DNA of 64,000 bases from Thermoclostridium sp. (GTDB lineage Bacteria; Bacillota; Clostridia; DSM-8532). The translations under genes and the position numbers were made by a program. The stretch is from contig JAGOJH010000001.1 of assembly GCA_017995215.1 (NCBI GenBank), forward strand, positions 143 through 64,142, written 5' to 3'. This document shows positions 44,208 to 55,100 of this stretch, piece after piece (position 1 is the stretch's first letter; every line of letters begins with the position of its first letter). The notes under the pieces are model-generated. The model did no database searches and was not told the DNA's origin. It saw only the letters and a list, made by a program, of their open reading frames with translations.

Positions 44208-47200
44208 CTACTGACCACCGTTAAGCTTTATCAGCCTGTATATGACGGTTGCCGCCTGTTCTCTGGTGGTTGTCCCGCCGGGATCAAACATTCCGTTATT
44301 GCCTTGCATTAATCCGTTATTTGCCGCTAATATGACATAGCCTCTGTATTTTGACAAAATGGCGATGTCATCCGTATAATAAGAGCCCATCAACGTGACC
44401 TGCGAAGCCGTTTCCGCCGTCAACTCGTCTATACCTGTGGATCTCATCAGAAGAAGTGCCATTTCTTCCCTTGTCAGCACTCGGTCGGGTTCAAAACCGA
44501 ACACCCCATATTCCCGCGGGGAAATCAGGTTATAGTAAACGGCCGCCTCTACATACTTGTATGACCATCTGCTTGCCGGCACATCGGGAAAGCTTTGGGT
44601 GCCGGAGGGAATACTGCTGACATCAATTCCGCTCGCTTCCAGCAGCATCTTTATAAACTGCTCCCGGGTGACCAGGTCTTTCGGTTTGAATTGGCCGTTT
44701 CCCGTACCGTTGATGATTCCATACCGGGAAAGCTCCGTGATATATTCCTTTGCCCAGCTGTTTGAAACGTCTATAAAATTGATGACGGAATTTTTTTGCA
44801 CAGGTAGTTTTTTCGCCTGGACAAACAGATAAACATTCAAAAAGCCCGAGGATACATCGCCGCTGTTATTATTGTTGTTGCTGTTACTGTTATTGCCTTG
44901 ATAAACAACTGCTCCAAAGGTCATTGTACTGTCTGCGTCCCACGGACGCCCCTCATAAACATTTTTCAGCTTGTTGAAGATAACAGGATAAACATCCTGG
45001 GGGTGCATCGAGTCCGGCGCCTCGGCAATGAGCGTTTTTGACAGGGTAATTTGCGGATAATAACTATATTGCACATTTTTTGTATAAATCCCTGTGAGAA
45101 TTTTTTTGCTTTCCTGCGACAAATATCCCGTGTTCGTTAAATCCATCTTCGGCAAAAGGCCTTTATCCACCAGGGCAGACAGGACGGGACTATCGTCGGA
45201 GAACAAATCATAGGCTTCATAATATTTATCATAATATTCACCGGCTTGAACATCCATCCCGGCATTTTTATTGATGATATCCATAAAATCGTCAGTATGA
45301 TCCAATATGAGCCCAATTTCCTGCTGTATGTTTTCAGCAGAATGATCACTGAGGGTGGCCGGAAGATTGTCAATCTTGCCGTTTTCCTTTAAAAAGGTGA
45401 ATAAATTCGCTCTGACTGCGTTAAAGTCACTGATGATGCCGGATATCTGATCCATATTATTGAATCTTCCAAGCTGCATATAGGTATTCAGATAGGAGAT
45501 ATATCTGAGTAAAACGCTTTGCGCTTTTTCCTCCTTCTCTATCCAACCCTCATTCAGATAGGCCGTATATTCGCCTTCATCAAAGGCCTTTACCTCCGAT
45601 AGAAGAGTAACGGCCCTGTCGTATGTCTGGTTTGCGATCTCCATTCTGTCCTCACGGTAATCTTCAAGCATGGCAATCTGGTCCCGGCACTCGTCCATAT
45701 ACTGCTGACGATCCCGGATAATCGCGTAAGCGTTTTCCAGGCTTGCCAGCCGGTTTTCAACGCCCTCCATATCGTCAAGGGCGTTGTAGGGGAGAGAGCC
45801 GGACATCACAGCCTTGTTATAGCTATCCAAAACCGACTCGTAAGCCATCCTGCAATTGTAATAGGTGCTTTCCGTGCTGAGAAATTCTTGATAAACCCGT
45901 TCCATGGCGGACAGCTTCTCTCTCCAGTTTGTAAGGATTCTGTCAAAATCCTCAATGTAAAAGTTGTATGACAGGTCAATACTGAAATTGCCGTAAAGTG
46001 TCAACGCTGTCTCTTCGTCTATCCCGTTCAGCTGGGTGAGAATGCTGCTGATACTGGCGGCGCAGGCCTCTCCGTTCGTCCTTAGGATATTGTCGGTCTC
46101 GGCAAACTGCTGCTTTACGACATCAGAGTTGAGATAGTCATAGTCACTCTGACTCAAGCTGTTACCGATTGCAGCATTCGCCTCGCCGTATTCTGCGGCC
46201 GATATGGCATAGCTTCTCAACAGGTAATTGTTGCTGACGATGGCACTGGCTCCGCCAGAATAGACCGCTTTCGGTGAAAGATCAATATTGACCTCAGATA
46301 CGCCCGTTGAAGGGTTATAGTCTACCTGCCTGGACAACATCACCGTCTTGTTTCCATCGAATATTCTGAACAACGCGGTAAATTTGGATGGGATGTCCGA
46401 ATAACGACTGATCAGCTCTGATGTGCTCCCGAGGATGGATTCCATCTGGACGCCCGCCAGCTGCGCGAGACCGTTTATATTGATCCTGACCTCTGTATTC
46501 TGTGTCCCGGTGACTGTAATTTTTCCAAAATCATATTCTCTCCAGTTCATCCCGGAGCCCTGCTTTGATTTTTCAAGCATCGTCCTTAAGTTGACTCTTC
46601 CAAGAGAACGTTCGCCGAATTCGGGAGATTTTGCCTTGAGCTCATATTCCCTGCCGGTCTGGAAATAGCTTTTGTCAAATTCATTCAGCTTGATGGAATA
46701 ATCAAAAACACCGCTGCCGTCGAGGTTTTTAACAAGTGTGAGCTCATTTGGATCATCCACCGGCGTTATAAAAACTTCACCATTCGCGAAGGGCTTGTTG
46801 TTTTCAAGGTATACTACGGCCTTTAATCCGAAGTAGCTGTTGTTTATCCGTTCTTCCGTGACCGCAGCCTTGATGAACAGAAGCTGATTCAAGCCTTCTA
46901 CGACCGCATCGTATTCAAAGTCCTGAAACATTCTGGCAAAGATCATCTCATCGGTATAATTCGAATCCTTGATCGCTTCCATATACCTTGTGCTTCTCAT
47001 GCCGACAATTTTCTCATAGAAGCTGATATTTTGATTTTTAACGGCTTCGCCAATCAGTATTTTCTTGTAATGATCCTTGTATTGAGAATACATGCCGGGA
47101 TTATTGACGATCTGTTCTTCAAAGATTCTGTTATATTTGGCTGCGCCAGCCTGTCCGGATTTAATCCAGTTCAGGATTTCCTCTTTTGTATAACGGGACT

Positions 47201-47666
47201 CATTTCCCTTCACGGCCTTATATCGCTCCGTAAAGTATGCGCGATAAGCGTTTTGCACTGCATTGCCGGTAAAGACACTGATATAGCTGCCAACGCCGTT
47301 AACCGCCTTTTTGATATAATCAAGGGCCTTCGCGATCGGGTTGATTGCGCTGAGAGCATCCCACAAAACCTCACCGATGGCTTCAAGCCCTTTTTCCACA
47401 TTGCCGTCGAGCAGCTGCTCAAGGGCATCAAGCATCTTCAGAGCCGGAATTCTGTCCGCCAGCAGATCCCTGAGCTTGCTACGGTTCGGATCATCCTGGC
47501 TTACCCCCATGGCGTCAAGGATTTCCTCAATCTCCTGTAAGCTTCCGTTACTGTACATTGTCCGGACATCCTCAGCTTGTACAGGCTGAATAAGAATCAG
47601 ACACAAGCTGGTTGAAATGATTGAAAGAACCAGAATCATACACATGAGCCGTTTAAAAAAAGTCAT
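44208..47666 (-). CDS. Large secreted S-layer-homology (SLH) domain protein: signal peptide, about 900-aa helical-rich ectodomain, Asn-rich linker and three C-terminal SLH domains
   Basis: The start was set to the ATG at 47666 (MTFFKRLMCMILVLSIISTSLCLILIQPVQA; GGGGGG RBS). A poly-Asn linker NNSNSNNNNNSG precedes the SLH domains. The C-terminal repeats ..F.DV....WAKEYI..L...GII.G..NG.F.P...TREQ.. are SLH motifs. Confidence 0.8.
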   Translation of the reverse strand: MTFFKRLMCMILVLSIISTSLCLILIQPVQAEDVRTMYSNGSLQEIEEILDAMGVSQDDPNRSKLRDLLADRIPALKMLDALEQLLDGNVEKGLEAIGEVLWDALSAINPIAKALDYIKKAVNGVGSYISVFTGNAVQNAYRAYFTERYKAVKGNESRYTKEEILNWIKSGQAGAAKYNRIFEEQIVNNPGMYSQYKDHYKKILIGEAVKNQNISFYEKIVGMRSTRYMEAIKDSNYTDEMIFARMFQDFEYDAVVEGLNQLLFIKAAVTEERINNSYFGLKAVVYLENNKPFANGEVFITPVDDPNELTLVKNLDGSGVFDYSIKLNEFDKSYFQTGREYELKAKSPEFGERSLGRVNLRTMLEKSKQGSGMNWREYDFGKITVTGTQNTEVRININGLAQLAGVQMESILGSTSELISRYSDIPSKFTALFRIFDGNKTVMLSRQVDYNPSTGVSEVNIDLSPKAVYSGGASAIVSNNYLLRSYAISAAEYGEANAAIGNSLSQSDYDYLNSDVVKQQFAETDNILRTNGEACAASISSILTQLNGIDEETALTLYGNFSIDLSYNFYIEDFDRILTNWREKLSAMERVYQEFLSTESTYYNCRMAYESVLDSYNKAVMSGSLPYNALDDMEGVENRLASLENAYAIIRDRQQYMDECRDQIAMLEDYREDRMEIANQTYDRAVTLLSEVKAFDEGEYTAYLNEGWIEKEEKAQSVLLRYISYLNTYMQLGRFNNMDQISGIISDFNAVRANLFTFLKENGKIDNLPATLSDHSAENIQQEIGLILDHTDDFMDIINKNAGMDVQAGEYYDKYYEAYDLFSDDSPVLSALVDKGLLPKMDLTNTGYLSQESKKILTGIYTKNVQYSYYPQITLSKTLIAEAPDSMHPQDVYPVIFNKLKNVYEGRPWDADSTMTFGAVVYQGNNSNSNNNNNSGDVSSGFLNVYLFVQAKKLPVQKNSVINFIDVSNSWAKEYITELSRYGIINGTGNGQFKPKDLVTREQFIKMLLEASGIDVSSIPSGTQSFPDVPASRWSYKYVEAAVYYNLISPREYGVFGFEPDRVLTREEMALLLMRSTGIDELTAETASQVTLMGSYYTDDIAILSKYRGYVILAANNGLMQGNNGMFDPGGTTTREQAATVIYRLIKLNGGQ

Positions 47667-48203
47667 AGGCTTTCCCCCCGTTTTCTTCTTATGGAATGCC
47701 CCTGTAGCTGAATTGTTTTTTGTCACGTTCCGGGGGGCAAATAACAGATGAGGTGCTTTTACAGGCCGGAGTATGAAAAACTGTTCAGCATGCAGTCATT
47801 TTGGTTTTCCCAGAAAAATTTTCAGATATCAATATTTACCCGGTATTGATATAATAAAAACCAATATTCACGAGATCTGTCAATAATATTTGCTTTGAAA
47901 TGAAAGAGGACAGGGCGGTTGCTTCAGCACATTTTTGATGGGGGTGAGGGTCTTGTACATGCACCAATACCAGTTTTTTCATCGCAAATATGCATGTAAA
48001 ACGTTTGTTAAGAAAGCCATTACTTACCATTGGGAAAATATTGATGTCAATTTCCACAAAAAAAATCAGCCGGTTTTGTGATTTTTGTGCTTTTCGTTGC
48101 AATTTATTGCTTTTTCTCTTGACAAAACACGCCGAATGTTTAAGAATAAGTATAAGGATTTACTAAATCATAAATCCATAAATCAGAGAAAGGGGATCCA
48201 ATA

Positions 48204-49946
48204 ATGAAAAACAAGAAAATGCTTGCACTACTGATGGTTGTTGTCATGGCCGTAGCCGTATTAACGGCATGTCAGCCAATAAGTACTCCGTCAGGCCCAG
48301 CAGCTCCTACCAAGGCTCCTTCAACACCTTCTACACCGTCTACACCTGATAAGACACCGACCGAGGCAGCAGTCGAACCAGCAAAGAAACTTGACCCAAT
48401 CACCTTCACAATGTTTGTTGCCGGCCCTGGGGATGTTCCTCCGAAAGACAATAAAGTTATCAAGAAGCTCCAGGAAATCACCGGTGTCACCATTGATTAT
48501 GAGTTCCTTGTAGGTGACATGGAACAAAAAGTTGGTATCATGATCGCCAGCGGCGATTATCCCGATTTGATCGGTGCAGGACAAGCTCGCGGAAGGTTCT
48601 TGAATGCAGGCTCCTTCGTAGCTCTTGACGCTTATCTTCCCAGGTACAAGAATCTGTTCAAGCACTACGAACCATACCAGAAGAGACTTCGCGACATTTC
48701 TGAAGATAAGAAAATATACATATTGGACATCTGGAGCCGTCAGTACTGGCTCAATGATGGACAAGATGACTTCTACCAGGGCGATTACAACGGCCCCGCT
48801 TTCTGGATTCAGAAAGACGTTCTCGCTTGGGACAACTATTCACAACCCACCACATTGGATGAATTCTTTGATCTGTTGGAACGTTATGCCAAAGCTAACC
48901 CCACCATCGATGGACAACCCGTTCTGCCGTTCGAAGTTCACTCACAAGACTGGCGTTCCTTCTGCCTGAAAAATGCTCCTCAGCATTTAATCGGCGGACG
49001 TAACGAAGGTGACGTTGTTGTTAAACCCGGCACCCTTGAAGTTGAAATCTATCAGAACAAAGATTATGCCAAGACCTATTATGGAAAGCTTAACGAAGTA
49101 TTAAAAAAAGGTTTGATCGACCCAGAAACATTTACCAGAAATTATGACCAATACCTGTCCGTTATTTCTACCGGCCGTGTACTGGCAATGTTCGACCAAC
49201 AATGGAACTTCAGTCAAGGCGAAAACGTATTGGTTTCCGAAGGTAAAATCAACAGAACTTATGTGCCCCTCGGCATCAGCCTTGATGGCAAACCCGTTCC
49301 TTACAACAGACAAAGGAACGAAGGAATCATCGGCGGCAACGGCATGGGTATCAGCGTAAAATGTAAAGACGTTGAGCGCGCAATGCTGTTCATGGATCAA
49401 CTGCTTGAAGAAGATGTACATCGTCTGATGTACTGGGGTATCGAAGGCGAAGATTACTATGTTGAAAACGGACGCCTGAGACGTACTCCGGAACAGAAAG
49501 CAAACTTTGACAACCCAGACTGGCGTCTTGCTAATTCCGGACAAGTTATCGGTGATCAATTCCCGAAACTGGAAGGTCGTTACAGCGACGGTAACTCCTG
49601 CAGCGCTGGAACACAACCAGAGGAAAGACTGGCTAACCAGTTCGAGTACGACAAAGAATTCTACCAGAAGTATGGTTTCTACACCAAATCCGACTTCCTG
49701 CCTTTGATGGATCATCCTGGCTATCCTGAGGTATGGTCAATGCTGTCAACAATGGAAGAAGACAATATTGCCAGACCGATATTTGATCAGATTACCGATC
49801 TCCAAAACCGCTATCTGCCAGGCGTAATCATGTCAGATAATTTTGATGCAGCTTGGGCTGAATATGTGAAGAGATACGATAGTGTTGACTATCCGGCTCT
49901 GGAAGCAGAAATTGAAAGACAGATTCAAATGCGTAAGACCAAATAA
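48204..49946 (+). CDS. Extracellular solute-binding lipoprotein of a carbohydrate ABC importer (large LplA/YtcQ-like SBP, family 1)
   Basis: The lipobox is ..AVLTAC.. The mature N-terminus has a Pro/Ser/Thr linker. At 580 aa the length fits LplA-type binding proteins. Confidence 0.8.
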   Translation: MKNKKMLALLMVVVMAVAVLTACQPISTPSGPAAPTKAPSTPSTPSTPDKTPTEAAVEPAKKLDPITFTMFVAGPGDVPPKDNKVIKKLQEITGVTIDYEFLVGDMEQKVGIMIASGDYPDLIGAGQARGRFLNAGSFVALDAYLPRYKNLFKHYEPYQKRLRDISEDKKIYILDIWSRQYWLNDGQDDFYQGDYNGPAFWIQKDVLAWDNYSQPTTLDEFFDLLERYAKANPTIDGQPVLPFEVHSQDWRSFCLKNAPQHLIGGRNEGDVVVKPGTLEVEIYQNKDYAKTYYGKLNEVLKKGLIDPETFTRNYDQYLSVISTGRVLAMFDQQWNFSQGENVLVSEGKINRTYVPLGISLDGKPVPYNRQRNEGIIGGNGMGISVKCKDVERAMLFMDQLLEEDVHRLMYWGIEGEDYYVENGRLRRTPEQKANFDNPDWRLANSGQVIGDQFPKLEGRYSDGNSCSAGTQPEERLANQFEYDKEFYQKYGFYTKSDFLPLMDHPGYPEVWSMLSTMEEDNIARPIFDQITDLQNRYLPGVIMSDNFDAAWAEYVKRYDSVDYPALEAEIERQIQMRKTK

Positions 49947-50060
49947 GATTAATAACCTGCTCTTCTTTCAAACTGATTGGTTAGGAAGAGGCGGCCGCAA
50001 AGCCGGTCGCCTCTTTTTCATCATAAATCGGTTGAGAATCAGGGCTAAGGGGATAGCGAT

Positions 50061-51008
50061 ATGGCAACTAAAACGTTAGGTCCGAAAAAAAGTTTTAAGG
50101 AAGAAGTGCGTAAACAAAAGACGTTGATCTTCATTGCAGCACCGTATTTTGTGTACTTCCTTGTTTTCTCATATTTGCCGCTATGGGGTCTTACCATGGC
50201 GTTCCAGAACTATAAACCCGCAAGATCCTTTTTTGAACAGGAATGGGTTGGGTTCAGGCATTTTGAAAACCTGTTCAAAGACCCCGATTTTTATCGAGTA
50301 ATGAAAAACACCCTGGGAATGAGCATCATCAACCTGGTGCTCAGCTTTGTCACGGCTATAGCGTTTGCACTGCTTTTAAACGAACTTACAGGGAAATTCT
50401 ACAGGTTTAAGCGGCTCGTGCAAACAGTATCATATATGCCCCACTTCCTTTCCTGGATTATCGTTTGTGGTCTTGTTTCAAATGTTCTTGCCATGGACGG
50501 AGGAGTCATCAACGAGTTATTGGTATCCACAGGGCTCGTAACAGAGAAAATACATTTTATGGGCGAACCGAAGTATTTCTGGTGGATTGTCGGCTTTACA
50601 AATGTATGGAAATCAATGGGATGGAACAGTATCATTTACTTGTCGGCTATCACTTCTATAGACCCAGCGCTTTATGAGGCTGCAGCTATAGACGGGTATG
50701 GCCGTTTCGGCAGAATGTGGCATATAACCCTTCCGGGTATAAAATCAACCATTATCGTTCTTCTTATACTAAACGCAGGCTGGATCCTGAATGCTGGTTT
50801 TGAAATTCAGTATATTCTGGGTTCAAACGGTCTGGTACTTGATGTTTCGGAAACCATCGATATTTTTGTACTTAAAAGAGGCTTCGGGCGAGCTGGCGGT
50901 TTTGCCTTCGGAACTGCAGCCGGTATGTTCAAAACCGTAGTTAGCGCTGTAATATTAATACTGTGCAATAAAATCGCCGGTTGGATAGGCGAAGAAAAAT
51001 TGATTTAG
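50061..51008 (+). CDS. Carbohydrate ABC transporter permease (LplB/YtcP-like)
   Basis: Six TM helices and the EAA-like loop ..EAAAIDGYGRFGRMWHITLP... Confidence 0.85.
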   Translation: MATKTLGPKKSFKEEVRKQKTLIFIAAPYFVYFLVFSYLPLWGLTMAFQNYKPARSFFEQEWVGFRHFENLFKDPDFYRVMKNTLGMSIINLVLSFVTAIAFALLLNELTGKFYRFKRLVQTVSYMPHFLSWIIVCGLVSNVLAMDGGVINELLVSTGLVTEKIHFMGEPKYFWWIVGFTNVWKSMGWNSIIYLSAITSIDPALYEAAAIDGYGRFGRMWHITLPGIKSTIIVLLILNAGWILNAGFEIQYILGSNGLVLDVSETIDIFVLKRGFGRAGGFAFGTAAGMFKTVVSAVILILCNKIAGWIGEEKLI

Positions 51009-51051
51009 TAAAACGTTTTCATAGCGCTATTCGACTTGGAGGTATTTGGAA

Positions 51052-51936
51052 ATGAGAAAATCATTTGGTGATAAAATTATTGATGTGGTCATTGTGTTCG
51101 TTATGGTGATAATCGTTATTGTCATGCTTTATCCGCTGTGGAACACTTTGATAACATCGTTCAACGAAGCAAGGGATTCCATAAAAGGGCCGCTCTTCCT
51201 GTGGCCCAGAAGTTGGACGCTTTTTAACTATCAAAGCATATTTAAAACAGACAAAATTTTTAACGCTTTTGTCATATCGGTATCACGTACAGTTATCACA
51301 ACTGCGTTGAACGTTTTGCTCTCGGGTTTGCTCGCATACGTCTTAAGCCGTAAGGAGTTCGTTTTCAATAAATTCCTGACCACAATGATGGTAATGACGA
51401 TGTATATTAACGCAGGTCTGATACCACAGTATTTCCTTTACCGAAGCCTGGGGTTGATCGACAGCTTCTGGGTCTATGTACTACCCTCGCTGGTTGGGGC
51501 GTTCAACGTAATCGTCATACGCACCTATATCAACTCATTACCTGCGTCTCTTGTGGAATCGGCAAAAATTGACGGTGCCCCTGAAATGACGATATATTTT
51601 AAAATTATTTTTCCGCTTTGCTTGCCGGTTATGGCAACTGTTGCCCTGTGGGTTGCAGTGGGTTCGTGGAACTCATGGTTCGACTCTTTCATTTTTGCGC
51701 CAAAGCAGGATCTAAGTACCCTTCAATACGAAATGATGAAGATATTGTCCTCATCCATGCAGTCAGGGGTTAAACAACCGGATTATCTAGCAGCATCACA
51801 ACAAGAACGCAACATGGTAACTCCGAATTCATTGCGTGCAGCCATGACGATGGTAGCGACTGTACCCATCCTCATGGTTTATCCCTCCGTTCAAAAGTAT
51901 TTTGTAACTGTTAACATTGGTAGCGTGAAAGAGTAG
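51052..51936 (+). CDS. Carbohydrate ABC transporter permease (LplC/YteP-like)
   Basis: The EAA loop is ..ESAKIDGAPEMTIYFKIIFPL.. The start is the ATG at 51052 (GGAGGT RBS). The ORF-track TTG at 51046 is too close to the RBS. Confidence 0.85.
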   Translation: MRKSFGDKIIDVVIVFVMVIIVIVMLYPLWNTLITSFNEARDSIKGPLFLWPRSWTLFNYQSIFKTDKIFNAFVISVSRTVITTALNVLLSGLLAYVLSRKEFVFNKFLTTMMVMTMYINAGLIPQYFLYRSLGLIDSFWVYVLPSLVGAFNVIVIRTYINSLPASLVESAKIDGAPEMTIYFKIIFPLCLPVMATVALWVAVGSWNSWFDSFIFAPKQDLSTLQYEMMKILSSSMQSGVKQPDYLAASQQERNMVTPNSLRAAMTMVATVPILMVYPSVQKYFVTVNIGSVKE

Positions 51937-51987
51937 TCTAAACTATACAATGATAAACTTAAGCCATAAAACCTACAATAATAAAAT

Positions 51988-52030
51988 GAACGCCATCCGG
52001 GCAGAGAAGTTTACCTGGATGGCGTTTTTA
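51988..52030. terminator. Probable bidirectional terminator between the convergent ABC operon and the large minus-strand gene
   Basis: AACGCCATCCGGG-cagagaagtttac-CTGGATGGCGTT with a T-run on the plus strand and T-rich sequence on the minus strand. Confidence 0.5.
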
Positions 52031-52159
52031 CTATTTTCACTGGCATTCAGAGCATTAAGTGGGGAAGACAGGCGTTACATAGCATAGGGTTCATACTTAA
52101 GAAAATGGTGGTTACAGGCTGTCACAACCCCGTGCCACCGGTACTCGTGTTAAAACCTG

Positions 52160-55100
52160 CTACACTCTGCCTGCGTCTACTTTCACGAAGCAATCCCCTA
52201 TTTCTTCGAAGGCTTCCTCCAGTGTCACGCCGAATTCATCCCTGAGGATTCTCTCAAGCTCTCCTGGTTCAATGCCCAGCGGGCCCTGCTCACCAAGACC
52301 TACCTTGTTCATCAGCTCAATCATCGTGCGGGTGCGCATGGGGATTTCATAGCTTCCGTTATTGGCTTTTGCTGCAACCGCACGGGGAAGCAACGACCGC
52401 TTCGCCTGTTTGGTCGACTGACGGTTGGCTTCCTCAATCAGCGCCTGTGCCTGCTCCAAAAGCTCATCGGCATTCGGGGCGGTTTTAGCCTGCTCCATGA
52501 GCTCTCTTGCCTGCTTTATAAAGTGCTCGCTCTTGTGAACCACCGTCTTTTTAATTGCTGAGGCATCGGACAGCTTCTCTGCCATAGCCTCCGGATCCAG
52601 CATCCGCTTCACATCCCGTACGGAAGGCCCGTACTTTTCAAGCGAGCCATCGGCCACGACGCTCTGGTCGTATTTAAGCGCATGTGCGCGTGCGGCTTCA
52701 GCACTGGGAGGCTCAGCTCCCATGGTACGGCGGTAGAAGTTCCTGTTGTAGATTTCCTCTGAGAGGCGAAGATCAACATCCACCTTCCCATCGCGAGTTA
52801 CATACACAAAGGTGACGTCATGATCCATCGGTACGCTTCGGCCTGTGGACACCTTGACATTGCTGTTACCGGACACATTCAGAACCTCGATGCTGTCCCT
52901 GGGAACACCCAACCGAGCTGCTATCTCATTCATGCTGTCTTCCTGGACAACATCATAGGTTTGCTGCCAGGTCCGGTTGAACTCAGCACGCAAATCATCC
53001 CCATACATGCCCTTGTAGTGTTGAAGCTGGTGCACGGCATGCTTGTCGGACTGCACCTCTTTGCAGAGCTTTTCAAAGGCTTCCCGCGCTTCAGCGGACA
53101 TGGGGTTCTGTTTGAGCTGAGCTCGCGCCCTGGCAAGCTCCTGCATTTTTAGAAGCCCATTGGCACGTCCCTTCAGGAATGCCTGCTCCTTCGCAAGGTC
53201 TTCCGGAGAGAATTCCGCTGTTCTACGGAATTTCTTTATCATTTCGTCAGCAGAGTTTTCAGCTGTACCCTTCAGCGCTTTTTCAGCAGATATGGCCTTC
53301 TCTGCACCGACACTTTTCAGCCTTGCGGAGAATTTTGTGATTGCTTTTTTGCCCTCAACCTTTACACCATCAGTGATTTCCTTTGCCAAAGGCCCCAGCT
53401 TCTTCGCACCTCTCGCAAGCCCGCCGGTCGCTTTTTCCGCAATATAATCCCAAACCACAATTTTGGTTCCTACCCAGAAGCCTTCAATCACACTGTTTCC
53501 GCCCTGGTCAACATATCGCTTCATCTCGCGGGGCACCTTGAAAGCAGTAAAGGTGACTTCCGAGAAGCCCAGCGTGGCAAAGCCCAGACCGAGACGCTTC
53601 CAGAAGCCCAGTGAAGCTTCAAAGGCTTCCACGCTTTCATCCGTCCCTTTGTAAGCCTCGCATGCGGCATATTTCAGCTCATCCATGAGGGTGAGGTTTT
53701 GCGGTTCAGCGTTGGCTCCAAGGATACTGCCGTTCATAAACCCGTTATAGGTTTGCGCCACCATATCCACCTGCCAGGGGTCGTAGCCAAAATCCGCATC
53801 ATAGCCGTCCAGCATGGTTTCTATCACACGCACCAGCGGGAACAGCCGCGCGGTATAATTGTCATTCCAGATGCGCCGCTTGATGCCGGCAAGCCGTTCG
53901 CGGATCCGTGAATCCTCTTTGAGCATATCCGAATACTGCTGCGGATCGACGCTCTCGCGGCGCGGTTGGCTCAGCAGAAGCACTTCGCATTGTGCTGTGT
54001 AGGTTTCATGATTCCATTCTGCAGTTACAGTTACCACAGCTTTATGGCGGGCAGGTGAATCCAGTATAGCCCCGTATGGGGAGATAAAGCATTGCCAGGT
54101 TCCGTTAAAGGGAGAACCCTCAACCTTACAGCCGAGCTTGAGCTTTTCGCAGATATCGCCGGTCTCGGCTTTTACTTCAAACCCGGTCGGGATGGGTAGC
54201 GCTTGGATAACCTCATGGGTTTCATCGTTCCAGGTGAAAAGGGTCATCGTCATCGGTGTGCGCACAGGCTTTCCGTCTTTCAGATAACAAGCAATATCGC
54301 TGTTTGCGATCTTCACAGAAAGTCCGGTATGAAAACGGAATACATCCAGATACCCATCCAGCTGCCTGTTGTTGTCCACAGCGTTTACATGCAGTGTGAA
54401 CGGTTCAAAGGTGCCGGCGGGCTTTGAAGCTGTACCGGTTTCTGTGATATCCGCATACCACAGGTTATTATCATCTCTGTCGCGTTCAATGGACAGTGAA
54501 AAGCCACCCTTCGGCGTAATGTCAGCGGTTACCGCTGCGTTCTCGCTCAGCCCGATGATGGCGAAGGGCAGACGCGCCGAATAGCTGCAGTTCGCTGGGA
54601 AGGTGATGTTATCCTGAGAAAACAGAATTTCCTTCTTGATAAGCCTGAAGGTGATATTATTCTGGAAGATGCCCTCAGGGCCGTTAAAGCGCACACTAAG
54701 CTGTTCCGTGCTCTTTAATTCCATATTGCCGGTGGTCTTGACGCTGACCATCGCGCCCATGTGGTCTCCCGCCATTGTGCAGGGGGACACATCCAGAATT
54801 CCGGCGGAAAAAATATTGATCCGCGCGGTCAGATCACGGCGCTCGACCGTATGGCCGCTCGGCATGATTTCAACAATCCTCGCGTACACTGGTACCGGGT
54901 CGGCATCATATTCAAGGGTGTCACCGAAGTTTTTGGTCAGGATCATCCGGTAAATGCTTCTGGGCTTGGCTTTCTCCTCTTTGGGGTTTTGCCGTTTTTT
55001 ACCCTTCTTTACCGATCCGCCTGCTGCCGCCGCTGCCGCCGCAACACCTGCCACCGCATCCACAATTCCGTCGGGGATTTCTGCTGCCGAGCTTTCATCA

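Noticed and set aside
47836-48102. 88-aa minus-strand ORF in the promoter region of the ABC binding-protein gene
   Set aside because: It lies across the TTGACA/-10 promoter and AT-rich leader. It has no RBS and no recognisable features.
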